Shown here piece after piece: positions 23,615 to 37,800 of a stretch of DNA of 64,000 nucleotides (its first letter is position 1; every line of letters begins with the position of its first letter). Origin of the DNA: Klebsormidium nitens (lineage: Eukaryota > Plantae > Klebsormidiophyceae). Under the pieces are notes generated by a model. It was not told the origin of the DNA. It made no database searches and worked only from the letters and a program-made list of their open reading frames with translations. Made by a program: the position numbers and the translations under genes. Location of the stretch: NCBI GenBank assembly GCA_000708835.1, contig DF237097.1, positions 93,964 through 157,963 of the forward strand. The letters run 5' to 3'.

Positions 23615-23654
23615 TGCTCCTGCTTTGTTGCCTGGCGGCAACAAAGCAGGAGCA
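23615..23654. repeat. Perfect 18-bp inverted repeat with 4-nt loop
   Basis: TGCTCCTGCTTTGTTGCC-TGGC-GGCAACAAAGCAGGAGCA. Confidence 0.95.
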
Positions 23655-24144
23655 AACGCCAGCGATCATTGGCGCAGTGCTGGAGAGCTATGAAATGACT
23701 AAATGGGTACCTAGTACTACTGCTGGTGGGACCAAGAATATGGGCACGGTGCTACGATAGATAATTAGCAGTGACTGTGGTCAACCGCTGAACGAAGCTG
23801 CTCAGCCAGCGCATGGCATGCAGGCACTGGCAGGGCCTAGCAAGTTGCAACCGTATCTAGCCCGGGAGTGCCTACCGAGCCGACTCCGGACCGCTTGCCC
23901 AATCATGCAGCCCTAAATGTCCCGTACTTTTCGTGGCAGAGTAGACTGTGCGCGCGGCAAACTAGAAAGCGACTGTATCATCCGATCAGATCGACCGTTA
24001 CCTCAGCGCACGCGCGGGATCGGCCGCGACGCACTGCTTTGCTCTGCAGATTCAAAGCAGGCTTGCTGTGCCTTTCCTTGCCCTCTTTCAGCTGCATCTC
24101 TAGAGACAAGGGCTTCCTGAGGCCGCCCATTAGTTGACGCTAAG

Positions 24145-26970
24145 ATGGCCGAGGAGAAGGCAGCGTCCACTAAGACCGCGGGGGGGCGGGAACACGTGCG
24201 GTTGTATACCCGGGGGACCATTTTGGGTCACAAGAGGTGAGGCGCGCCGGAGGTTGTTTGTTTGCTTTTGGGACGGGCACTCAGGTCCTTGTTACGCACG
24301 TCACAAGAAGATGATGGGTGATCGAAAAAGCAGAAGATGAGGGGTAATCTGAAGCAGAGTCCCAAGAATGGTGAATGTGCTTCATGTGGGCTCATAAAGC
24401 TTTGCGGGCATGGGATGCTCTGTTCTTTTTTGCTCTGGCGCAGCTGAAGCACAGAGCAGGGAAATCCGGAATGCCTTTTTTTGGTGAGCTTGTGGTTGAT
24501 GCACAATCTGGCCATCTGCATCCGAAAGAGCAATGGTAATGGTTAAGGGGGGTGTCTCTGCTGGTCCCGCCAGCAAGTCTCACTGTGAAACTAGCAGATT
24601 GATTGCTTTTCTGACATGGAAATGGTTTGAGCAAAGTCACAAGGGGCAGAACGATAGAGCGTGGCCAATCACTTTTAAGCAGATAGATGGTGTACAGCTT
24701 CCACTTGCTGAGCATATATGGTTGACGAATTGAGCAACCAAAGTTCTTTCTGGCGTGTTGGCTCTACGCCTCTTGTCTGGCTTTATTTGAGAAGCATACC
24801 GCTCTTGAGGTACAATCGTCAGACAGTTCAGAGTAGTTACTGGCACTGCCTTCTCGTAAAGTCCCGGGCCCTGCAACGGAAATTCTATCCAGCACTTGTT
24901 TGCACTTGACTTCTACTGTCACCTGGGCAAACTTGTTTATTCAGAGTCTGGTGGTCGGTTCTTGAGGATATGCAGAAGGTAGATCAGTTGCACAGTGGGG
25001 CCTGCAAACAGCACGTTCAGGGTATGCAAGCGTTATTATACCGGGGTTGATTGGAACCGTTAGAACCGCCAGAGTTCCACTCGGGCATCACAAATGACTA
25101 ATGTGGACGGGGAAATGTAACGGGGCCATGCGGTAGAGACTTCTTGTCAAGCAAGGCCTGATGCTTAAGCGAATGGTTGCGGGCGTGCATTTGGTTATCG
25201 AAAGCCCAGCGGCGTCACGTGCGGTGTCTGTGCGGATCCTGTTTCCGTTTGTTGGCATATCAGTACTCGAAGCATTCGTAGTTTCTAAGCTCAACTGAGT
25301 AGCTTTGGAAAGTTCTAGGTTCGCTGGGGACGTTCTCAAATGCGAGACAGATTGTTATTCCTTCATCGGTTCTGAAGAGCACGTCCAACACGACTCTTCT
25401 TCCAGCGTCAGCTGATAGTCTTGATTTTGTTGATTTCAAAAGGTGCGGAGCAGGGTGGTTTGCTTGCGCAACCAGCAACTTGGTTGAGAAGTGCGGCGAA
25501 TGCCGAAAACCGTTATGAATGTATCGGCAGCTTGAGTTTCTTTTGCTGTGCTGTGGAATGTATAGACAGGCTGCAGCCACTTGGCACTTTGGCCAAGTCC
25601 GGAAGTCAGCTTTCAGGTTTTGAAACCCGCCACTGCAAGGTGCTGAGCTTGGGCCGTTCGACTGACACGAGCACAAAAATATGAGCCAAGGCAATGCTCC
25701 GCCAAACGCCTTTTCCTGGCGTCCTTCTATACCACTTTGGTTGAGAGTTCTTTTCTAGCAGTCTCGCTTTGTCTTGATGGAGTCAGAACCAGAAAGTCTT
25801 TCCCTGCTCCGATGCTGCCTTTCCCTTTGATCCATGTTTAGTCTACTCAGGTTGCTCCATATCTTTCCATTTTTCATTCCCCTCGGGATTTCCACGGAAA
25901 CCCCCATGCCTACTGTCCTTCTTGCTCCCCTCGTCACTGCAAATGCAGGTCTCCAAAATTTTATCAACAACTCAATCTGTATCTTCAATATTCAGGGGCA
26001 AGTCCGACCAGCATCCCAGCGCTGGTCAAATTGAGTCCTGTGCAGACAGACTCGCAACTCTTCCATAAACTCTACCCGCATCTTAAGGACCTCCTGACAA
26101 CCTTTTACTTGAATTTATGCCCTAGGGGCAAGTCCAACCAGCACCCCAGCACGTCGCTGGTCAAACTAGATTCGTGCAAACGATTTTGATCTTTTTTGTT
26201 TGGCTTTGAACAATCTGACGAACTTTTCACGACCCAGGGGCAAGTCCAACCAGCACCCTAGCACGTCGCTGGTCAAGATCGAGGGCGTGCAGACCAAGGA
26301 GGAGGTCGAGTTCTACCTGGGCAAGAAGCTCGCGTACGTCTACCGGGTGTCGTCCGAGAAGAACGGCAAGAAGTACCGCGCGATCTGGGGCAAGGTCACG
26401 CGGGCGCACGGAGGGAGCGGTGTTGTGCGCGCCCAGTTCCGGAAGAACTTGCCGCCCAAGTCCTTCGTGAGTGTCACTCGGTGTCTTTTTCAGCTGCTTA
26501 TGGTTCAGGATTTGTGCTCCTTGTTCTTGTTTGCTTCCCTCGGTCGAGGCCTGCAGCGATGGTGCGCTGTAGTCCTGCCGCAAGATCAGCTACATGAAAG
26601 AAATACATGAGGGTGGTTGACTTGGTGGGACTCCAGCTGATGTGCGGGTTTGGAGCTTCTTTCGCAAGCTGAAGGACGATGTTGTAAGGCTTGTTGTTGC
26701 CTGATTTTGTTTGTTCAGGAGCGGAGCTGAAGCTGCATAAGAATGTCGGGGGTATCAGCAAGATCTGAGTGTCTCGTTGAAAAGCTCCCGCTCAGGCGGA
26801 AGCACATGTCTTAGGTTTCAGCAATTCAGCTCTGGGCTCGTAGGGGTGTGTCATCGTCATAACGGAGGGACTTGCTTTGATCAAACACAAGTTAAGGGGC
26901 GCCTAACAGTGCTGCTTTCCGACTGCAGGGTGCCACAGTACGAGTGATGCTCTATCCCAGCAGAATCTGA
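24145..26970 (+). CDS. RPL35A: 60S ribosomal protein L35a (eL33); 3 exons
   Basis: Exons 24145-24236, 26238-26466 and 26929-26970 give [13 protein letters not shown]|[35 protein letters not shown]...[27 protein letters not shown]|[13 protein letters not shown]. Confidence 0.97.
25985..26290 (+). repeat. Degenerate copies of the RPL35A exon-2 acceptor/head
   Basis: agGGGCAAGTCC(G/A)ACCAGCA(T/C)CC at 25996, 26126 and the true exon at 26238. Confidence 0.9.
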
Positions 26971-28299
26971 TTCCAGGTACGTACTCTCGACTAAGGTCTC
27001 CGAAGTCAAATGAATGGTGGCAGAGCTGGTGGTTGTGATAGTTGGTGTTCACAGATGTCGCACAGCTTTCACAAAAGGAGGACGGAAGGATGCGCGGATT
27101 TTCAGAAACAGCTTCAGGTGGCTTCTCCAATCTGACCTTTACTTTTTTCTGTGCAGGTGTGAGTGAAAACATCATGTACAATTGACCTTGTTGAAAGCTC
27201 AGCAACTCGCCTTCACAAAGCTTCCCCAAGGCGTTCATTGATGTGTGTCACTTGCGTCATATGCTGATGGTATGCCCTGTTGACCAACATCATGTATGAC
27301 GATTGATAAGTTAGTCATGTACTCAATTCTCTGGATGCAAAACATAAGTAATAGTGGCAATGGTTGCCAGAATTAGTCATGTGTTATTGCTTTGCCTAAG
27401 GAATTGTGGCCGCTGTCAATCACGAATCATCAAAAAAGATTCTGCGTAATGCCGGCTTGCATGTCCGAGAATGTGCACAGGTCTGGCACATGCAAGGGTT
27501 GGATGCGGTTTGTTGCACATGCTGGCCAACCGTTCGTATATCTGTCATGGATATTAAGTTGCACAGTATGTGAAGTTGTGCGCCTGGCGCACGTACAGAT
27601 TCTTCGTAGACCAACTCGAGAATAATTAACTTGAGCATGTGTTACATGCAGCGGCCCTAATGTATCTACGTACTGCCATACGATGGTGTGCCGGTGATCA
27701 ATTCATGCATGATTGCATGCATGCAGCCTTCGCAGAATTTAAAGACCGGGCGGTACGATATGATCAAAAGTAGATATGTTTACTTCTATACTGACAATGG
27801 ACATGGCGCATATGTCGATCGGCAATCGATAATTCAAGTACCGCCGCAGCGTATCATCGGGGTAGGATAGAAGGAACTTTTTTGTCTGGCAGCCAGCGAC
27901 CATCATGATTATAGCGGGTTCAGATTATTGGACATTATAGTATAATATAGATCTGTTTGCATTATGTGCGTATTGGTGTTTTCCGACTGATCCTGGATTC
28001 CGTTTACGAGTATTCCACCGTTTAGTGGGTTTCAACCACCGTGCAACCATGTCTGATTATGTTGATTTCGTCACAAGAGGTCGGAACTGAAGTTGCGTCG
28101 TGACCTGAGAGATATGATAGCTCTTGGACCAACATAATAAGAGACATCACACGTGCATGAGTTTTAGAGCGCGATGATTCGCTAGACTGGCAGCCAGGAT
28201 TCAATGCAACTCGTACTACAAGACCTATGGGCGTACAATGATCACCTGATGATGCCCAAAAAGCAGTGGACGCAGCGGAAAAACACGAAACAATGTTCA

Positions 28300-31285
<2,986 letters not shown>

Positions 31286-31896
31286 CCTGCTCTCCGCTCC
31301 GCTCAACAACCCGGTTCTCGCCACTCGTGCCTTGCGTTCTACCCTCGTTAGACTGAATGCAGCATGAAAAGCAACGTTCAAAAATCAAACTCAGATGGCG
31401 CCAGACCAGCAACGCTTTTCTTAGGATAGTATAGCTGCCGCCCTTTCACCCTTCAAGTTCAATGCTCATTCTCCGCAACTGATCTGAGACTGCACAGTCT
31501 GCAGCTAGCAGGCAGAATGCTAGGTGCGCGGCCGCCGACCGCAATCGCGCAGCCGCGTGATTCTACGCGCCCCTCTGACCCAGCCCTTGTCTTGAAGTTG
31601 AACCGTTGATGGATTGATTGCTGCCCTGATTCAACGGCCCTCGCGCAACTTCAAAATTCAAGCTCATGCTCAGGAGTCAGCGGCCAGCCCATCATTCAAG
31701 CCTCTGGCTCATGATCCGCCTGCCTTCATGCAGCAGCAATTTCATCATTCATCATTCATCATTCATGGGCTCTAGCCTCTGGAGCTTGAAGACGAAGGTC
31801 CTCAGCAGTGCCAAAAGTTCTCAGCACATCATCCTAGATAGCTGGTGCTAGTGGAGGGAACGTGGTGTATGGAAGGGAGAGTTCGTGAACGAGAGC

Positions 31897-34800
31897 ATGG
31901 AGCCGACGCCGCCTGTTGACTTCCGCGGTCTGCATGGCGTCCTAAGCTCAAGGACACCCAACATTGCGAGCAAGAAGGAGCGGGAGGACGCTCTGAGGGA
32001 GCTGCTGCAGAAGCGCACAGCAAAGGCTGGCATGCAGAGGATGAGACGAAGCTCTGGGCCTGATGAGGAGCATAGTGGGGTGTCAAGTGTAGAGGAGAGG
32101 CCCTTTGATGATCGGAAAGAAGGGGCAAGTAGGACGATGATGGATTACCGGAATGGGCAGGCTGAGGTTGAAGTACGGGATGGTGGCTTAGGCAACGTGG
32201 AGCAGAAACCCTCAAGTGTGCAGACTCCCTCACGGCGCAGGTTAAAGAAGCTTGCTGAGGTCAATATCAATGAGTCTGCTCGAAGCTTTGGAGATGTGGT
32301 CGAGATCGAGGATGACTCTCCACAGCCCGATGCGTTGAGGAAAAGTAAGCCAGGTGCTGGAAGAGACAGGCGGCAAGTTGAAGGCAAGGAGAGTCCAAGT
32401 GACATTGCGGAGCAATTGGGGGGCCTATCCATAGACAAAGGCAGTAGTGCAGAAGTGAGTCTGATATTCCTTGGAGTGCCTCTCAAGAGCTTTTGTCCTG
32501 CATTTCAGCAGTTTGTTCTCCTGGTTGTTGATCCGGAGGGTCTCTAGCAGTAAACCTTTTGCCTTTCCCCGTAGCTCTTCTTGACTTAGCCTGCCTCCTT
32601 GCTTTCCTGGGACTCATCAAACTGGAGCAGCCTGCGAAGCTTGACACGCCAGGAGACAGTCACCAGAATATGAAACATGTCCGTTCTGTTATCAGCAACA
32701 TTGCTGGTGGCAAGCTTTTCAATGGGGCCTGTTTTTCATCTTAGGGACTCAGCATCCCACTTAAGTGACTTACAGATGCCTTCTCTGCAGACCAGGTCCT
32801 TCAACTGTTGCACACTTTGCTGTGGATTGACGCCCAGACTGCTCTCCTGCAGGCCTCTCGTCTTGTTGCACAGAGCAACCGGTTGGACCATGTGCTCCAG
32901 GTTTCCCGCCAGCAGGCCCTGCCGGATGATGACATCAGCGTCTCAAAACCACAGAAGAAGCAGTGGACGGACTGGCCTGAGCAGTCAGAGCAGGGGGAAG
33001 GGCGGAAGTCTGCTTATGCAGACCTCGGCAAGTCTACTAAACCTAGGCCGAAGGCTGCATTCGTAGACCTCGAGGAACAAGAGGACCCTCACACTTCCGG
33101 AAAAGGGGCTTTGAGTAAAGCAGCGTCACGCTCGAGCGAAAAGGCCTCGTTCGGTAGGAATGGTGTAATAGGGAAGGAGAGACGCCAAGAACACCGTGCA
33201 GGCCCAACTTTCGGACACAAAATGGGAGAGGAGCGCCAAGGCGGGGGCCCTGACAGAAAGCGAGAAGAGAGTTCCTCATTGAGGGAAGCGTCAACCAGTG
33301 GCTCTGAGCATAGGGACAGGGAGGCCAAAGAAGCGAGGGCGCGAGAGAGGGTTGAGGCGCTTCTGGCCAAGGACAAGGATGCAATGGTACTGGGGAAGGG
33401 CCGGTACTGCCTGCCTGGGCGGATTGCAAGGCAGCTGTACCCGCACCAGAGGGAGAGCATCGAGTGGCTCTGGAGCCTCCACGTGAAGAAGACGGGGGGC
33501 ATTCTCGGCGATGATATGGGGCTCGGTGAGGACTTGATCAAAGTCGGACTCCTGATTTGTCGTTTTTCTGGGGATTGGAAGAGGGTCGGAGAGGGAGCAG
33601 GTGTATTCTCAGGGGTGTTGAGAGGAGTAGGCTTCATTCACTTTTGTCCAACCGTGGTGGAAAGATCTTCCTGTTTGGTTAGGTACTCATTGGTCTACAA
33701 ACCTATTCACAGTAGTCTCCCTTCGATGCGCCGACTTGACTCGCAGATTGCAGAAAGCAACGTCAACCAGCAATACCAAAAACTTTTCAGGTGATCCGAA
33801 TGCAAGCTTTGCTAAATCCTGCCGCTACCAACTTCTCCTCTCACCTTAGAAGCTCGAAAATCTCAACCTGACAGTCTGAGTTGGACCTCGTGCTTGCAGG
33901 CAAGACGATGCAGATTGCGTCGTACCTCACTGGGCTCTTCAAGTCACGCCTCATTCACTGCGTTCTGATCGTGGCCCCCAAGACGCTGCTTGCGCAGTGG
34001 GAGCTTGAGCTCTCGGAGAAGTGTGGCATGGGGCGGCAGGTGCTCTCGTGAGTGGTACTCGCACCCCACGTTGGCTGCTTACAAACTTCCGAAATTCCTG
34101 ATCAAGTACCTGTTTAGCTATGGCATCGTCAAAATGTTGCAAGAGCGAGTGGCGCCTGATTCCTAGCTGTTTACCATTAGGAGGGCGTCCAACTGCGAGC
34201 TTTCATCACCCTCATCAAACTCTCCCAACCTGTAGCCAGATTCGCCTTGGCTTCTTGATTACCACTTTTATATTTTAGAGCCATACCCACCGCACTGCAT
34301 TTTGCCCTCATTGAAACCTGTCGAAATCGACTCCCCGGACCATAGTCATGAACTCTCCACTTTTCTGCATCGTAAGACCTCAATCCGCCTCTGCAAACCG
34401 GACAACTCTCCGCTTGGTAGGTACCACGAGGGGAGCCCGAACGAGCGGGCCTGGAACCTGCGCCACACCTTACAGCAGGGGGGCATTCTGCTGACCACCT
34501 ACGGCATGATCCAGCACAACGCGATCCCCCTGGCGGGGCTGGACCCAGAGATTGGCAAGGACGGCTTTGGCGAGATGGCTGACGATGTGGTGACGTGGGA
34601 CTATGTCGTGCTGGATGAGGTAAGCATACGTGGCCGGGCGAGCTCTTGACGAAAGGCTTAGAGGTGGATCCTCCGAGTAGTCGTGTTGAAAAGTCATTGG
34701 TCCCATTCCTGCGAAACGGGATGTATCTTAAGTTCCTCTGGCTGATACTTGCTCAAGAAGGACAGATTGCTCACTTTGAGACTCGCACAAGAAGGTATTC

Positions 34801-37800
34801 GGTCTACAAAGAAAACCTAAACTTGACCGAAAGGCGTAAGCCGTTCGCATATTTGCAAGAAGGAAATACCACCTTTTGTTTCATCTTGCAGGGCCACCAG
34901 ATCAAGAACGAGAAGACCGTGAAGGCGAAGAACCTGCGGAGCATTCCCGCCAGGCACCGGGTCATCGTCAGCGGCACGCCTGTACAGAACAATCTCCAGG
35001 TAAGAAGACGGTCGACAAGCTCGCTAAGAACCAACCAGTCAATCATGTTGCTTCAGTTGAATTGTACACGAGTAATGTCAAATCGAGTTGCGTTCGTTTC
35101 CAGTGAGATGGGACAGGTCCGCTGATCAGCGACGCTGCATTCTGATTGTCGAATAAACTGTTTGTGGTTTGCCCGTATTTGTCTACGTCAAAGTGTGCGC
35201 CTTATCAGATCGGGCGCCACATGGACCCGAACTCATGTTGAAGGTAATTTGGAACCAAGGCATCCCAAAATCGTCCGCACCAGATCCGTTCAGCCTGGGA
35301 AGCACCTTCGCTCAACGCCACCTGGTTCTTGCCAAAGCTTCGATGGCCGCCGTCGCTTCTCCTCCATTTGAAACGCCATGTTCGTACGGTGCCCTAGCAT
35401 ATCGGAGCTTGACAGCTGTCACCGGTTCCGCTCTCTGTAGGAGATTGGTAGTTGGTTCTTTTCGTGTCAAACAATCGCGAAGTTACGGGGAACTCGTCAC
35501 AGTCCTGTGCTCGACCGTGATATAGGCTGACAGCTGTCACCGGCCCCGCTCTCTGCAGGAGATGTGGTCCCTCTTCGACTTCTGCTGCCCGGGGCTCCTG
35601 GGCGACATCCGCTCCTTCAAGGAGGAGTACGAGCGGAAGATCACCACCGGACAGAACCGGGACGCTACAGAGCGCCAGAGGCACGTCGGAGTCGTCACCT
35701 CGCAAGTAAGTCTTTGCTAGGCTGGACTAGCGAAGACAACGGAAGTCAGCGCGGGGCATGTACGGCAGAAGGATAGAATGCACCTACTCTCCCGTCGCAG
35801 ATCCACGCACTTGCTGAACCCAAACGTTGCTTTGTTGGGCAACCTCTAATCATCTTTGATGGGCCGTCTTGTGGCAGCGACTGAAATGAGTGTCAGAAGT
35901 TGTCCAGATACAAACGATTGCAGCAGTTTGCTTTAGGTTGGTACATGATTGGAAGTGTTCCAAACAACTCGGTAGCCCAGCTTTTCGTATGAAAGTCAAT
36001 TGCCTAGATGCATTCCAAATCTGATTCACCCTGTGCTCCTTCTGCGCGCAGAAACTCCGCGCCGTGATCGCGCCCTTCTTCCTGCGCCGCGAGAAGAAGG
36101 ACGTCATCAAAACCCCAAACACCGGCGGCGGTCCAAACCCCTCCTCGTCGGCCGCGGCCGCGGGGGCCGCCTCTGGGCAGCGCCAGATGGACATGAGCGC
36201 GCGCAAGAATGATCTCATCGTGTGGCTGAAACCGACTGCGGAGCAGAAGCGGCTGTACGTGTCGTTCCTGCAGAGCGAGCAGGTCAAGAAGGTGTTCAAC
36301 GAGAAGCGGTCCGCGCTGGCAGCCCTCACGGTGAGCAACTAGGCTGGTCAGGTTAAGCTTGGAGATCATGAGGTCTAAGTGGTGGTATGATTACCTATGT
36401 CAAATGAGTATTTGCAGGTTGAGCGGAGCTTTGTCTGGCGGCGTTCTTATAATACGTGGCGTTCGCTGGAAATGAGGGAAGGAGAGTCGCTAATTCGGCC
36501 CGCCAAAGAGTTGGAGGTATTCTGTGATCCTGATTGCGAGTCGCTGATTCTAAGGAGGTGATTACTCTAGTCCACGAAAGTTGGTACGTTTTCATCAGCA
36601 GCTCATAATAGAGTTTGCACCTGGTTACGATTGTATGGTGGTGTTCCATTTTATCCCTTTCTTTATTGGAACAGAGCACAGAATTTGACTCATCTACTGA
36701 AGCGAGAAATCACCTCTACGTTCCGTTCCGCCCAGGTCCATAAGGAGATCTGCGACCAGACGCTGCCCTTCATCGAGCATGGATGCGACGGCGCTCAAAA
36801 GTTTCGTTCCGCTCAGGTCCTCAGGGAGGTCTATGACCATCCGCTGCCCCTCACCGAGCACGGAACCCTGAAGTTGCCTGGAGTCTTGCAATTATACACA
36901 CAAGATCTGCGGCCTCCCGCTCCTCCTTATCGAGCACGGATGCTTTGATCTGGCGATCGCACCTAAGTTCTCCGTTCCGTTCCGTTCCGCCCAGGTCCTC
37001 AAAAAGATCTGCGACCACCCGCTGCTCCTCACCGAGCGCGCAGCCTCCGAGATCTTTCGCGGCGCGTCACGGGCGGCCGCCAACGGTCCTTCCGACGAGC
37101 TCTCCGAAGGCGACGCGGCCGCGGCCGCGGAGCTCGCGCTCGAGATCGCGCGCGCGCGGGGGATCCCCCTCGGGGACGGCGGCTCGGCCGGGGACGCGTC
37201 GTGCAAGGTGCTGTTCCTGATGGAGTTGCTGGAGGACCTGACGTGGGCGGGGCACCGGACGCTGGTGTTTAGTCAGTCCAAGAAGATGCTGGACATCATT
37301 CAGGTGGGCGGTTGGTGTGGATTCTGGGTCGCAAGGACTTTTACGTGTTGCGAAGATCTCGTTTTGGCAGCGGATGGAGAAGAGTAGAGCGGTCTGAAAG
37401 GTCGCTCCTGGTGGAGTTACTGGTGCTTCGCTGTTGTGGATGGTCGGTATGTCCGTTGAGAGATGCTTTCCTATGGGTTTCCTCCTTCAAATTGTTTCTG
37501 ACGATGCTGTATTTGCATAAGCAGCAGAAAGCCGCTCGATCAATCCTCGCCATCATAGGGAACCTGAGGAGTATTCTACGTCGAAGTTGGTGCTCATTTA
37601 AAAGCATCTCGGAACATGTCAGCTCGTTCTGCTTATCGGAAGTTACTGGCAACTTGCAACCGCAGTTTTTATAAGTCCTCAAACGAGAATTGCTTATCAC
37701 TTGTTGGATTGAAAGTTGCCACTAAACATATAGGGCAAAGTAAACATTGTAAGCAGTCAGGGTGTTGCCTTTTCTTCCCGTGAAGGCGACCATCCTTGTT

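Noticed and set aside
24300-24360. Possible intronic snoRNA in RPL35A intron 1
   Set aside because: Only weak C/D-like words, too short, no stem.
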